Part shown: positions 37,067-47,137 of the stretch, one piece after another
Position numbering within the stretch: position 1 is the stretch's first letter
Layout: each line of letters begins with the position of its first letter
Assembly: GCA_034667465.1 (NCBI GenBank)
Contig: JAXDJV010000024.1
Location: 16,361-80,360, forward strand
Direction: 5' to 3'
From: Acidobacteriota bacterium
GTDB taxonomy: Bacteria > Acidobacteriota > Thermoanaerobaculia > Gp7-AA8
Length of the DNA stretch: 64,000 bases
Made by a program: the position numbers and the translations under genes
Notes under the pieces: generated by a model
Databases searched by the model: none
What the model saw: only the letters and a program-made list of their open reading frames with translations
Told to the model about the DNA's origin: nothing

Positions 37067-37122
37067 GCGCCGGCGAAGGGTACAACGGTTGAGAGGCTCC
37101 GATCCGGTATCCTTCCGTCCAC

Positions 37123-38253
37123 ATGTCCCGCCGCGATCGAATCGTCGTCATCGATGACAGCGCCAACGACGTCAATGTGACGCGGCGCTTTCTCGAGCGA
37201 AAAGGATTCGACGTTATGGCGGCAACGTCGGGCGAGGAAGGTTTGGCGCTCGCCGCCCAGCAGCCGCCCGACGCGTTCGTCGTCGACTATCGGATGCCGG
37301 GGATGGACGGCTTCGAGGTCACGCGGCGGATCAAGGCCGATCCGCTGCTGCACACGATTCCGGTGCTGATGCTGACGGGCGCCGATTCCGCGCAGAACGT
37401 CGTTGACGGTCTCGGCGCCGGCGCCGATGACTTCGTCACGAAAGGCTCCGACACCGAGATCCTGCTCGCGCGGCTCCGCGCGCTGCTGCGCGTGAAGGTG
37501 TATCAGGATCAGCTGCGCAAACTGAACGAGCAGATGAAGCGCGATCTCCAGATCGCGCGGCGCGTGCAGGAAGCGCTCGTGCCGTCCGGCACCTTTCGCA
37601 CGCCGCGCATCGAGATTCGTTCGGCGTACATCCCGAGCGAAACGCTCTCCGGCGATTTCTACGACTACTTCCTGCAGGACGAGCTGATCTATCTCTTCGT
37701 CGCCGACGTTTCCGGCCACGGTCTGCCGGCGGCGATTCTCGTGTCGCTGCTGAAAAGCTACATCCACACGGAAGCTGATACGAGTTCGTCGCTGGCCGAA
37801 TTCATGTCGCGGCTCAACGACTTTCTCTTCACGGTCAGCCTGCCGTCGCAATACGCGACCGCGCAGCTCTTCCGGCTCGACGGCGAGAACAATCTCGTCT
37901 ATTCGAACGCCGCGCATCCGCCGTTTCTCCTCTTCAGCCGCGATCGCGGCGAGGTCGTCCTCCACGAGCAGCCCGGCCATCTCCTCGGCGCGATGCCGGA
38001 CATGCCGTTCGAGGAGCATTCGATCCGCGTCTCGCCCGGCGACACGCTCTTCGTCTACACCGACGGACTCACCGATCGGCTCAACGCCGCCGGCGACTTC
38101 TACTCGATCGATCGGATCGCGAAACTGCTCGAGCAGAGCACCGGTCACGATCTCGACAGCACGTACGAAACGATCTACGGCGACATCACCGCGTTCGTGT
38201 CGACGGAAGAATTCCGCGACGACATCGCGTTCGTCGTGACGCGGTTCCAGTAA
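37123..38253 (+). CDS. Response regulator receiver fused to a PP2C/SpoIIE-type phosphatase (RsbU-like)
   Basis: REC domain (VVIDDSANDV...DYRMPGMDG...). PP2C domain (SGDFYDYF...ADVSGHG...YTDGLTD). Confidence 0.85.
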   Translation: MSRRDRIVVIDDSANDVNVTRRFLERKGFDVMAATSGEEGLALAAQQPPDAFVVDYRMPGMDGFEVTRRIKADPLLHTIPVLMLTGADSAQNVVDGLGAGADDFVTKGSDTEILLARLRALLRVKVYQDQLRKLNEQMKRDLQIARRVQEALVPSGTFRTPRIEIRSAYIPSETLSGDFYDYFLQDELIYLFVADVSGHGLPAAILVSLLKSYIHTEADTSSSLAEFMSRLNDFLFTVSLPSQYATAQLFRLDGENNLVYSNAAHPPFLLFSRDRGEVVLHEQPGHLLGAMPDMPFEEHSIRVSPGDTLFVYTDGLTDRLNAAGDFYSIDRIAKLLEQSTGHDLDSTYETIYGDITAFVSTEEFRDDIAFVVTRFQ

Positions 38254-38282
38254 CTTCGGGCCGCCTCCACCGTCAGAGGCTC

Positions 38283-39329
38283 GTGCGCACGATGAAATCC
38301 GTTCTCGCTCTGCTGCTGCTCTCGCTCGTCTCGTTCTCTCTCTTCGCCGCCGATGAGCCGGCGAAGAATCCGTTCCCCGACGATTACACGCCGAGTCCGT
38401 GCGCGCCGGCGAACGGCTGCGACTCCTTCGCGGAGAGCGAGATCACTTCCGCCGCCGCCCGTTTCCTCGGCCTCGAGATGAATGCGCGCTGGGTGCAGGA
38501 CCATTACCAGGAATTCCGAAAAGCGATCGGGCCGGTCTGTGCGAAACAGGCCACCTGTCTCGCCACTCCCGGCAACAACCGGCTCTTCTGCAACGATCTC
38601 ATCGCGCCGATGCTGCGCGACGTCTGTCTGACGAAGTACTCGAAAGACAAACAGCCTGGGGAGTTCGAGCAGTGCCGGCAGTTCATGGAGATCTACGCGC
38701 TCGGCATCGATCAGCGCTCGAAGAAAACGTCGGAGGACGCGCAGAAATGCGCCGGCCCGATGGTGAAGCATGAGAAGGCGCCGATCGTCTGGATGAAACC
38801 GGAGAAACTGCCGGTCGACTACAAGGGATGGGTGACGTTCTACGCGCTCGATCCCGACACGCACCTGCCGGTGCCGGGGAAGATCACGTTCGAAGGACAA
38901 ATCGTCTACGCGCCCGCGAATCCGACCGGCGAGACGGCGACGTACTATCCGTTCAAGCTGCCGTTCACGCTCATCGAGTCGCCGCGCAAAGACGGGCATC
39001 GCGACCTCGTGCCGCCGTTGGTCACCCTCACACCACAGAACTATCCGGCCGCGCAGTTCCGACTCAACGCCGAACTGCGCAGGGTCGTCGTCGAAATGAA
39101 TCCGGCGGCGAACAAGCTGAAGCGCGGCGAGAAGGTGACGGTGAGCGCGAAGGATGCCGCGACCGGAAAGCCGGTCGAGCTGCGCGTCTTCGCCGGACAG
39201 CAGATGGTCGGCGACACGAACCTGCCGATCGTCATCGACTGGCCGAAGAACAAAAAGCGTCCCGAAATCTGGGCGCGCTCGCTGTTCAATCGATACAGCG
39301 ATGTGGTGGTCGCGCCGGCGCAGAAGTGA
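38283..39329 (+). CDS. Secreted cysteine-rich hypothetical protein
   Basis: Signal peptide MKSVLALLLLSLVSFSLFA and about 10 Cys residues in the N-terminal half. Begins 29 nt after the RsbU-like gene. Confidence 0.55.
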   Translation: MRTMKSVLALLLLSLVSFSLFAADEPAKNPFPDDYTPSPCAPANGCDSFAESEITSAAARFLGLEMNARWVQDHYQEFRKAIGPVCAKQATCLATPGNNRLFCNDLIAPMLRDVCLTKYSKDKQPGEFEQCRQFMEIYALGIDQRSKKTSEDAQKCAGPMVKHEKAPIVWMKPEKLPVDYKGWVTFYALDPDTHLPVPGKITFEGQIVYAPANPTGETATYYPFKLPFTLIESPRKDGHRDLVPPLVTLTPQNYPAAQFRLNAELRRVVVEMNPAANKLKRGEKVTVSAKDAATGKPVELRVFAGQQMVGDTNLPIVIDWPKNKKRPEIWARSLFNRYSDVVVAPAQK

Positions 39330-39338
39330 CGCGCACAC

Positions 39339-39426
39339 GTCACCCTGAGCAAAGCGAAGGATCCGGGCGGGTGGGGCGGGCTGCGAGTCCCTTCCGCCCG
39401 GATCCTTCGCTGACGCTCAGGATGAC
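39339..39426. repeat. Palindromic intergenic element, family A copy 5 (variant arms)
   Basis: gtcaccctgagcaaagcgaaggatccgggcgggtggggcgg...ccgcccggatccttcgctgacgctcaggatgac. Located between the convergent stops at 39329 and 39428. Confidence 0.75.
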
Positions 39427-39427
39427 G

Positions 39428-40519
39428 TTACGACACTTTCTGCAGCAGCTCGACGGCCTGCGGCTTCTTGTCGTACTTCACGTCGCTCGCGGCGATCTTC
39501 TCGAGGTACGGCCTCGCCTGCTGTGAATCGTTCCGCTTCAGATGCGAGCGGGCGATCCAGAACCAGGTGTCGACCAGATACTCGTTCTCGCTGAAGCGAT
39601 GCGTCTGCACGGCGCGCTCGAACGCGGTGACGGCATCGTCGTAGCGCTGCTGCGCGTAGCAGATGCGGCCGAGGTGGGAGAGCGCGTCGAAAAAGTCGTA
39701 GGAGTTTTGTTCGACGCTGTCGAGCACCTTCCGATAGAACGACTCGGCGGGCGAATACTCGCGGCGATCGAAATGGATCGCACCGCAGAAGAGCAGCGCG
39801 TTCCGATAAAAGTACGAATTGAAAAACGGCTGCTCCGGATCGAAGAGCGTCAGCGACTCGCCGAAGAGATGCAGCGCGTCGTCGTAGTCGGCAAGCGCGT
39901 ACGAGTTGAGCGCCTTCAGCGCCAGCGCCTGCGCGGTGACGTTGTTGTTGTGCGAGTAGCGGAGCGACTGTTCGTGCAACTCCTTCGCCTTCGCGTAGTC
40001 GTGTTCCTGATGCGAAAGGTGTCCGAGCATCACGTACGATTTGTACTTGATGTCATTCGCCTCATCCGACTCCTCGGATGCGCACGCGGCGCTGAAGCAT
40101 TCGCGCGCCTTCGCGAGGTCGGCCGAGTAGAGCGCGGCGACGGCGCGGTAGTACGTCGCTTCGAGCGTCGTCAGCACCGTGCTTCCTTCGCTCTGCAGCT
40201 GATCGATGAAGCGGGTGACGAGTTGCGCGAGGATGCGATTGTCGGACGTCGGATCGACGATGAAGTTCTGCAGATAGACGAGCCGGTTCTCGAGAATGCG
40301 CATCATCTCGAGCATCACCGTGATGCGATCGCTCTCGTCGTTCGTCTCGCGAAACATCGTCGCGAGTTGCTTTTGAAGCGCTCCGTACTCCGCGTCGTAG
40401 CGGGCCGACGCCGACTCCGGCAGCTCACCTTTTTCGTTTTGCAGCCGGGTCTCGAGCGCGACGCGCTGATCGACCACTGCTTTCACGCGTGAAGCAAAAT
40501 CGTTCCGTTCCGCCATCTC
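39428..40519 (-). CDS. TPR repeat protein
   Basis: Multiple TPR-like helical repeats. Start trimmed to MAERND to avoid a 35-nt overlap with rnr. The ORF-track start at 40594 remains possible. Confidence 0.55.
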   Translation of the reverse strand, partial: EMAERNDFASRVKAVVDQRVALETRLQNEKGELPESASARYDAEYGALQKQLATMFRETNDESDRITVMLEMMRILENRLVYLQNFIVDPTSDNRILAQLVTRFIDQLQSEGSTVLTTLEATYYRAVAALYSADLAKARECFSAACASEESDEANDIKYKSYVMLGHLSHQEHDYAKAKELHEQSLRYSHNNNVTAQALALKALNSYALADYDDALHLFGESLTLFDPEQPFFNSYFYRNALLFCGAIHFDRREYSPAESFYRKVLDSVEQNSYDFFDALSHLGRICYAQQRYDDAVTAFERAVQTHRFSENEYLVDTWFWIARSHLKRNDSQQARPYLEKIAASDVKYDKKPQAVELLQKVS

Positions 40520-40559
40520 ACCCAGCCGTTCGTAGTCTTCGTTACGCTGAATAACGATA

Positions 40560-42812
40560 TCACCGCTCCCGGCGTGCAATCGCAGAGCCAGCAACTTCGA
40601 GCAGCCGGAACTCGATCTGATGGCGATCTTCGTCGATCGACTTCACTTCGATCTTCACCTTGTCTCCGAGCCGCATCTCGCGCATCGTCGACTCGCCGCG
40701 AAGCCGATGTTCGCGTTCGCGGTACTGCCAGAAGTCGCCGCCGATCGTCGCCACCGGAACCATGCCGGTCACGAAAATCTCATCGAGATCGACGAAGAGT
40801 CCGAACGGCGCGACACCGGTGACGATGCCGTCGAACGTCAGCCCGACCTTGTCGCGCATGAAGATCACTTTCTTCCACTCCATCACTTCCCGCTCCGCGT
40901 CGTCGGCGCGACGCTCACGCTCGCTCGACTGCATCGCGTACATCGGATGCGCGGCCTCCACCTGATTGCGCCGATCGCCGTACAACGGACCGAGCTCGAT
41001 GAGTTCCGCGAGCCGCCGATGCACGATGAGATCGGGATAGCGACGGATTGGCGACGTGAAGTGGCAGTAGTGCTGGAGTCCGAGCGCGAAGTGCCCGAGG
41101 TCTTCCTCGGAGTAGAACGCCCGCTTCATCGAACGAAGCACGAGGTTCGTCAGGAATCGCTCTTCCGGCGTGCCTGCGACCGAACGAAGAATGCGCTGCA
41201 GCTCGCCTGGACGAACGTCTTCGACGTCGCCACGGAACTTCAGCTTGAACTCTTTCAGGATCTCTTTGAGGTCTTCGAGCTTCTGCGGATCGGGCTGCTG
41301 ATGCACGCGATAGAGCCCGGGCTGATTGACGAGCACCAGCTCCGTGGCGATGACTTCGTTCGCCGCGAGCATGAACTCTTCGATCAGCCGATGGGCGACG
41401 TTCCGCTCGCTCGGCACGATGGCGCGAATGCCTCCGAGCTCGTCGAGCTGCACGTCGGCTTCCGGCAGATCGAAGTCGATCGAGCCGCGCGCATCGCGGC
41501 GCCCGCGCAACACTTCGTAGAGCGCGTGCATCCGTTTCAGATCGTCGAAGAGGTACCCGTACTTCGCGCGCAATTCGTCCGCCGGCAGCTCGACGGCGTT
41601 CGCTTTTCCGGGACCGCTCGGCTCCGCGACCCCTTCGTTCACGAGGATAGCGTTGACGTTCGTGTACGTCATCCGCTCCTTCGTTTTGATGACGGATTTG
41701 TAGACCTTGCGATCGACGAAACGTCCCCGCTTGTCGATCTCGATGTCGACCGAAAACGTCAGCCGCTCGATCTGCGGATTCAGCGAGCAGATGCCATTCG
41801 ACAGCACTTCCGGCAGCATCGGCACCGCGCGTCCGGGGAAGTAGACGGACGTTCCGCGCTCGAAGGCTTCGCGATCGAGCTCGCTCCCTTCGGTCACGTA
41901 ATGCGCGACGTCGGCGATGTGTACGCCGAGGATGAAGTTGCCGTTCGGAGCGATGCGAACGTCGACCGCGTCGTCGAAATCTTTCGCCGTCTCGCCGTCG
42001 ATCGTGACGATGGCGCGGTCGCGAACGTCGACGCGCTTCGCGATCTCTTCCGCGGGAACGACGCTCGGCACCGACCGCGCCTCGCGCAGAACTTCCGGCG
42101 GGAAATGATGCGGGATGTGCAGCTTGCGGATGACGACTTCGATGTCGACGCCCGGCTCGCCGATCATGCCGAGCACTTCGACGACGCGTCCCTGCGCGAG
42201 CAGCGATGAGCGATCGGGATAACGATCGATCTCGACGTTCACCATCTCGCCGTCGCGTGCGTCCATCGTGTCGTTCGGATGCACGAGGATGTCGTGATCG
42301 ATGCGCGCGTCGAACGGCACGACGAACGGCTCGCCGTCGCCGTGATGCAGACGACCGACGACCGTTTTGTGTGCACGGCGAAGGACCTGCGTCACTTCGC
42401 CGACGATGAGATCGCGGTTGTAGAGCTTGCGATACGACGGCTTGCGCTTGTCGACGCGAACGACGACGAGATCGCCGTTCATCGCTCCCTTCATCGCTTT
42501 GCGATCGATGAAGATGTCGTGCTCGTCGCCGCCGAAGATCGTGCCGTAACCGTCGGGATGAACCTTGACGCGTCCGGCGTGATACGGCGTGAACTCGAGC
42601 AGCGAGTAGCGCTTGCCGCGAACGGCCAGCAGCGTGCCGTCGTTCTCGAGCTCTTCGACGGCGCGCGCAACTTCGTCGCGCGTCACGTCGGGATCGCCGA
42701 GACGCTCCCAGACGTCGCCGATCGCGAGAAGACGATTGCCTTTCTGCCGGAGCAGCTCGGTGATCGACTTCTTCAGTTCGGAAGGTTGGGGAAGGGAGAG
42801 GGAGCGAGTCAC
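40560..42812 (-). CDS. rnr: Ribonuclease R
   Basis: 750 aa. N-terminal HTH/cold-shock domains, an RNB catalytic domain and a C-terminal S1 domain. Confidence 0.95.
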   Translation of the reverse strand: MTRSLSLPQPSELKKSITELLRQKGNRLLAIGDVWERLGDPDVTRDEVARAVEELENDGTLLAVRGKRYSLLEFTPYHAGRVKVHPDGYGTIFGGDEHDIFIDRKAMKGAMNGDLVVVRVDKRKPSYRKLYNRDLIVGEVTQVLRRAHKTVVGRLHHGDGEPFVVPFDARIDHDILVHPNDTMDARDGEMVNVEIDRYPDRSSLLAQGRVVEVLGMIGEPGVDIEVVIRKLHIPHHFPPEVLREARSVPSVVPAEEIAKRVDVRDRAIVTIDGETAKDFDDAVDVRIAPNGNFILGVHIADVAHYVTEGSELDREAFERGTSVYFPGRAVPMLPEVLSNGICSLNPQIERLTFSVDIEIDKRGRFVDRKVYKSVIKTKERMTYTNVNAILVNEGVAEPSGPGKANAVELPADELRAKYGYLFDDLKRMHALYEVLRGRRDARGSIDFDLPEADVQLDELGGIRAIVPSERNVAHRLIEEFMLAANEVIATELVLVNQPGLYRVHQQPDPQKLEDLKEILKEFKLKFRGDVEDVRPGELQRILRSVAGTPEERFLTNLVLRSMKRAFYSEEDLGHFALGLQHYCHFTSPIRRYPDLIVHRRLAELIELGPLYGDRRNQVEAAHPMYAMQSSERERRADDAEREVMEWKKVIFMRDKVGLTFDGIVTGVAPFGLFVDLDEIFVTGMVPVATIGGDFWQYREREHRLRGESTMREMRLGDKVKIEVKSIDEDRHQIEFRLLEVAGSAIARRER

Positions 42813-42831
42813 GATACCCGCGTCCTCGAGA

Positions 42832-43140
42832 TCAGCGCGTTCGCGATGACCGGCTCGGCTTCAGATTGGGGGCGGTGACGCGTTTCGCGGACAGCCGGCG
42901 GCGAGTCGGCCGAATTGATTCGGCGAACCCGTTGAGCATCGTCTGCGAACGAAGTTTGTTGTGCAGCGTGTTGCGATGAACGCCCAGAGCTTTGGATGCC
43001 TGGGTGACATTGCCGCGGCTGGCGGACATCGCAGCGACGATGTACTTCCCTTCGAATGCTTCGACTGCCTGTTCCAGTGTGATTCCGTTGCCAATCAACT
43101 CGCGAATGATCTGGTTGAGTCGATCATCGATGCTTAACAT
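42832..43140 (-). CDS. Fis-type helix-turn-helix DNA-binding protein
   Basis: HTH block RGNVTQASKALGVHRNTLHNKLRS is typical of the Fis/NtrC C-terminal HTH. It lies 19 nt downstream of rnr. Confidence 0.6.
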   Translation of the reverse strand: MLSIDDRLNQIIRELIGNGITLEQAVEAFEGKYIVAAMSASRGNVTQASKALGVHRNTLHNKLRSQTMLNGFAESIRPTRRRLSAKRVTAPNLKPSRSSRTR

Positions 43141-43218
43141 TCAATTCCTCTGAGCCGTCTTTTGAGAGCGGTGATTCTACACCTGCTTTTCTGAGTGCCA
43201 CGGGACAAATTTTTCCCG

Positions 43219-45054
43219 TCACACACGCTTGACAAATGCTCGCGCGATGCACAACCGCACGATGAAAAACAGCAACGCGAATGATGTGATCGCAGCTCCT
43301 GCCGCGAGCAGCGGCGCATGATACGACCACATCACGTCGTGCGAACCACGCGCCACATCGACGCCGCGAAAGATGCCGTCGATCGTTCGCGACTGCGCTG
43401 CTTTCCCGTCGACCGTCACACTCCATCCCGGCGCCGCCTGCTGCGTCACGACAACCGTTCCGTCGACCGGCGCACGCAGCACGACGCGCGTTTGCGATGA
43501 GGTGACGGAGAACGCATCGACCGCGTAGCCGTTGCCGTCGCGGCCGCGCAACATCGCCGGCGGCATCGCGTGATCGTTGCGATAGACGGTGATGTTCGCA
43601 GCGTGCGCGACCGGTGTGAATCGCGGCGCCGGCAGCGGACGTGTCGCGAGGACGAAGCCGCCGCCGATGCGATCGAGCGCCCGTCCATCACCGCGATACG
43701 CCGCCGCATCGTAGAGCTGCATGTAACGCTGCGATGAGAGCGGCGCCGCGGTGCCGGAGTCGAAGCGGCGATCGTACAGATTGAGGTAGCCGGAGATCGC
43801 CGCGGCACGATCGCGCGGCGCACCGTTCGCGTCGCCGAAGCGCAGCAGTTTCGATGAGCGTCCGATCGTGCGCGCGTACGGGACGACGTCGGTGCGAAAC
43901 GGCGCTGTCGCGAAGAGCGGCTGCGCGGCGATGCGGAGATCGATGGCGATGATGGTGGCGAGGAGGAGCGCGAGAAGGCGCGCATGTTTCTCGCGCGCAG
44001 CGATTGCGCGAAATCCCTCCGTCGCCATCGCTGCGATCGCCAGCGCACCGAACGGTACGAGCCGCGCCGGATAGCGAAAGAGCGTCAGCGGCAGACGCGT
44101 CAGCAGCTCCGCGACGAGCGAGAGATGTTCGCCGGCGCTGATCATCACAACCACGAACAGCAGCGCGAGCCACGGCGCGACGCGGCGTGTGCGCAACACT
44201 GCACCGGCGAGCGCGAGTGCGACGACCGCGACTCCCGCATAAATGAGCGGAATGAAATGCTGGCCGAGGTTCGGATCGAAGGGGCTGTGATTCGCATGGG
44301 GTGGAACGGCGATGCGCAGCCAGTCGAAGAGCGGCATCGACTCGCGCAACATCTCCGCGCGCGGCAGTCCTGCGCGACGATCGCTGCCCCGCAACATCGC
44401 GACGAACGGCAGGAGTTGCACCGCGCTCAGCGCGAACGCGAACACGGCGCTGAACGCGAGCGCGCGCGGACGGCGGTCGCGAATCGTAATCGCCGCGTAG
44501 AGCAGCGCGCCGACCGCGGCGAAGAACGGCTCGCCGCCGAGGAATGAGAGAGCGAGCACGAACGCGCCGGCGATGTCGCGATGACGCTTCGCGCACCAGA
44601 GCGCGAGCGGGATCCACGCGAACGTCGCGAGGTTGTTCGAGATGTCGATCAGCGACAACACCGGACCGGACAACATCAGCGCCGTCGCACCGATGAGCGC
44701 GGCGTGCGGCGATTCGTCATCATCAAAGAGGAGATATGCGCCGATGCCGAGGAGGATGACGTGGAAGAAAAGGAAAAGCGTGTATGCGGTTGCGAACGGC
44801 AGCACGAGAAAGAGCCACGCCGGTGGATAGAAAACGCAGCTCTGCGGATTCGCCAGCCACGGCTCGCCCGACGCGTTGTATGGATTCCAGAGCGGCAGAT
44901 GACCGTGCCGCATCACGTCCATCGTATGAAAGCGCAGCGGCTGGAAGTAGTCGGCGTGATCGCGCAGCGTGAAGACTTCGTTGCGCAGCAGCGGCGCGGT
45001 GAAGATCGACAGCGCGGCCGCGACGAGAAACGCGAAGCCGATGCGCCGCATCAC
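43219..45054 (-). CDS. YfhO family membrane protein (GT-C-like)
   Basis: N-terminal HLPLWNPYNASGEPWLANPQSCVFYP matches the YfhO signature. Many TM helices and a C-terminal extracytoplasmic domain. Confidence 0.65.
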   Translation of the reverse strand: MMRRIGFAFLVAAALSIFTAPLLRNEVFTLRDHADYFQPLRFHTMDVMRHGHLPLWNPYNASGEPWLANPQSCVFYPPAWLFLVLPFATAYTLFLFFHVILLGIGAYLLFDDDESPHAALIGATALMLSGPVLSLIDISNNLATFAWIPLALWCAKRHRDIAGAFVLALSFLGGEPFFAAVGALLYAAITIRDRRPRALAFSAVFAFALSAVQLLPFVAMLRGSDRRAGLPRAEMLRESMPLFDWLRIAVPPHANHSPFDPNLGQHFIPLIYAGVAVVALALAGAVLRTRRVAPWLALLFVVVMISAGEHLSLVAELLTRLPLTLFRYPARLVPFGALAIAAMATEGFRAIAAREKHARLLALLLATIIAIDLRIAAQPLFATAPFRTDVVPYARTIGRSSKLLRFGDANGAPRDRAAAISGYLNLYDRRFDSGTAAPLSSQRYMQLYDAAAYRGDGRALDRIGGGFVLATRPLPAPRFTPVAHAANITVYRNDHAMPPAMLRGRDGNGYAVDAFSVTSSQTRVVLRAPVDGTVVVTQQAAPGWSVTVDGKAAQSRTIDGIFRGVDVARGSHDVMWSYHAPLLAAGAAITSFALLFFIVRLCIARAFVKRV

Positions 45055-46466
45055 GGCTCGCGCGCGCAGAAATCGCGAACGATCGAGCGGACCAGATGCG
45101 TCCCTTCGACGAAGAAGTTCGTGCGAATGCGCTCGTCGTTGCCGTGCACCGTGTCGGCGTCGTAGTAGTTCACTTTGAACGGCGCGATGCCGTACGCCGT
45201 CACCCCTTTCGCGCGGAAGAAACGGCTGTCCGACGTTCCGGCGCCGAGCGTCGTCGCCACGACCGAATTCGGTTCCGCCTTCTGCATCTGCCGCGTCAGC
45301 ACGCGATAGAGCTCCGTGTCGCTCGGACTCTCCGGCACCGGCTGCGAGGAAACGAGCACGTCGACTTCACCGCGCTTCCCCGCACCTGCCGTGACCGCAT
45401 CGCGCACCGCGGCGATCATCGCGTCGGGCGTTTCATCGGGCAGCAGACGAATGTCGACGTCGCCCGTCGCGTGCGCAGGAATCGAGTTGAGCGACGTGCC
45501 GCCGTTGACGCGCGTCAGCGCGATCGTGTCGTGCAGCAGCGCACGATAACCGGGCGACAGCGCTTTCTTCAGATGATCGACGTCGAGCGGAGTGCGTAAG
45601 GCGCGCATGGCATCGCCGCGGTAATCGTTCTTCGTCTTCGCCAGCGCGGCGAAGTAGCGTTCCGCCGGCGGCGTCAGTCGGTACGGCGTCTCGATCGCTT
45701 CAATTTTTGCGAGTGCCCGGACGAGTCGCCCGATCGTCCCGCCGTCGTCGGATGGCGCGGCGCTGTGTCCCGGCGCGCCGCTGACGCGCACGCGCAACCA
45801 GAGCGGCAGCTTCTGCTGCGTCTCGATTCCCCAGAACGCGACCTTGTCGACGATCGTCTCGTTGTAGCCGCCTTCGTTGAGCACAAAGCCGGCGTCGGCG
45901 AAGAGCTCCGGATGTTTGTCGAGCAGCTCTTTGCAGCCGCGCAGTCCGCCCGCCTCTTCATCGGCGACGGCGAGAAAAATGACGTCGCGGCGCAGCGGCG
46001 TCTTTTGCCGCTTCAGCTCGATCATCGCGATCAGCTCCGCGACGCCGAGCGATTTGATGTCGAGCGCGCCGCGGCCGAACAGATATCCGCCCGATTCGAG
46101 TCCCGCGAATGGAGGCTTCGTCCATTCCGCGAGAGCGACCGGCACGACGTCGATGTGATGCATCAGCACCAGTGCTTTTTCTTTCGAGCCGGAGCGAAGC
46201 CGCGCGTAAAGCGACTGGCGTTTCGGATCGCTGCCGAGCAGCTGCGACTCGATTCCTTCCTTCGCGAGAAGCTGCCGGAGATAGTTCGCGCCGGCCGTCT
46301 CGTTGCCGGGCGGATTGGAGGTGTCGATGCGGAGATATTCGGCGAGGATTCGGCGGGCTTCAGCGTCGAGCGGGTCTTCCGGACTGCCGGTGGCGCGCCT
46401 GCAATTCAGCGACAGAAGCGCGGTGGCGAGGAGGACAAACAGCAGCGCGTGGGTGGCGCGACTCAT
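45051..46466 (-). CDS. M20/M28-family secreted metallopeptidase (carboxypeptidase G2-like)
   Basis: Signal peptide plus M20 blocks (HHIDVV, GRGALDIKS, ADEEAGG). Its stop overlaps the yfhO-like start. Confidence 0.85.
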   Translation of the reverse strand: MSRATHALLFVLLATALLSLNCRRATGSPEDPLDAEARRILAEYLRIDTSNPPGNETAGANYLRQLLAKEGIESQLLGSDPKRQSLYARLRSGSKEKALVLMHHIDVVPVALAEWTKPPFAGLESGGYLFGRGALDIKSLGVAELIAMIELKRQKTPLRRDVIFLAVADEEAGGLRGCKELLDKHPELFADAGFVLNEGGYNETIVDKVAFWGIETQQKLPLWLRVRVSGAPGHSAAPSDDGGTIGRLVRALAKIEAIETPYRLTPPAERYFAALAKTKNDYRGDAMRALRTPLDVDHLKKALSPGYRALLHDTIALTRVNGGTSLNSIPAHATGDVDIRLLPDETPDAMIAAVRDAVTAGAGKRGEVDVLVSSQPVPESPSDTELYRVLTRQMQKAEPNSVVATTLGAGTSDSRFFRAKGVTAYGIAPFKVNYYDADTVHGNDERIRTNFFVEGTHLVRSIVRDFCAREP

Positions 46467-46488
46467 GCGGCGCGCCGAGTATAAGCGA

Positions 46489-46983
46489 CTATCTTCCGAT
46501 GCCTGCCGGATATGCGAGGAAGCCGCCGTTGGCGTAAACGATGTCGCAGTCGTAGTTCGTGAACGGTCCGGAGAGGATCTCGGGCGAGATCACTTCGTCG
46601 TGGCCGGCGGAGACGACCGCGTATCTCTGCGCGAGGGTCGTGCTGCCCACCGCGACGTCGGTGAAGAAGGCGAACGGCGTTCCCCATCCATCGCGCGCCG
46701 GAAGGCTTTTCATGTACGTCGGCGAGAGGAATACGACGAGCTGCGACGGAGCGACAATTTGATCGGCGCCGCCGACGCCGGCCGCGGCGTTGTAGCGATT
46801 CGTGTCGGATGCGCGCGCTTCCCACGCGCTGGCGATCGTCCGAATGTCAGCCATCGTGCGACGCTGCTTCGCGCGCTGCAGCGCGGTCAGAAGATTGGGA
46901 ATGGCGATCGCGGCAATGATCCCGATGATCGCCACGACTATGAGGAGTTCGATCAGCGTGAAGCCCCTCTCACGTTTCAACAC
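46489..46983 (-). CDS. Type IV pilin / pseudopilin-like protein
   Basis: Class III signal: prepilin cleavage/methylation motif GFTLIELLIVVAIIGIIAAIAIP. Confidence 0.85.
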   Translation of the reverse strand: MLKRERGFTLIELLIVVAIIGIIAAIAIPNLLTALQRAKQRRTMADIRTIASAWEARASDTNRYNAAAGVGGADQIVAPSQLVVFLSPTYMKSLPARDGWGTPFAFFTDVAVGSTTLAQRYAVVSAGHDEVISPEILSGPFTNYDCDIVYANGGFLAYPAGIGR

Positions 46984-47078
46984 AAATTGTTTCCTCCGAC
47001 CCGCCGCGACAATCGCAAAGCGGATACCAGAAACCTGAATTGCGTCAAACGCCTGATCTGTAACGAGTTACGTTTCGG

Positions 47079-47108
47079 GACGGAGAGACCCGAAGATGGC
47101 TCTCCGTC
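47079..47108. terminator. Hairpin downstream of tdk (gacggagag-N12-ctctccgtc)
   Basis: 9-bp perfect stem about 30 nt downstream of the tdk stop. No clear U-tract. Confidence 0.3.
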
Positions 47109-47137
47109 ACTTTGCGTCACCGCACTGACAAATCGTG

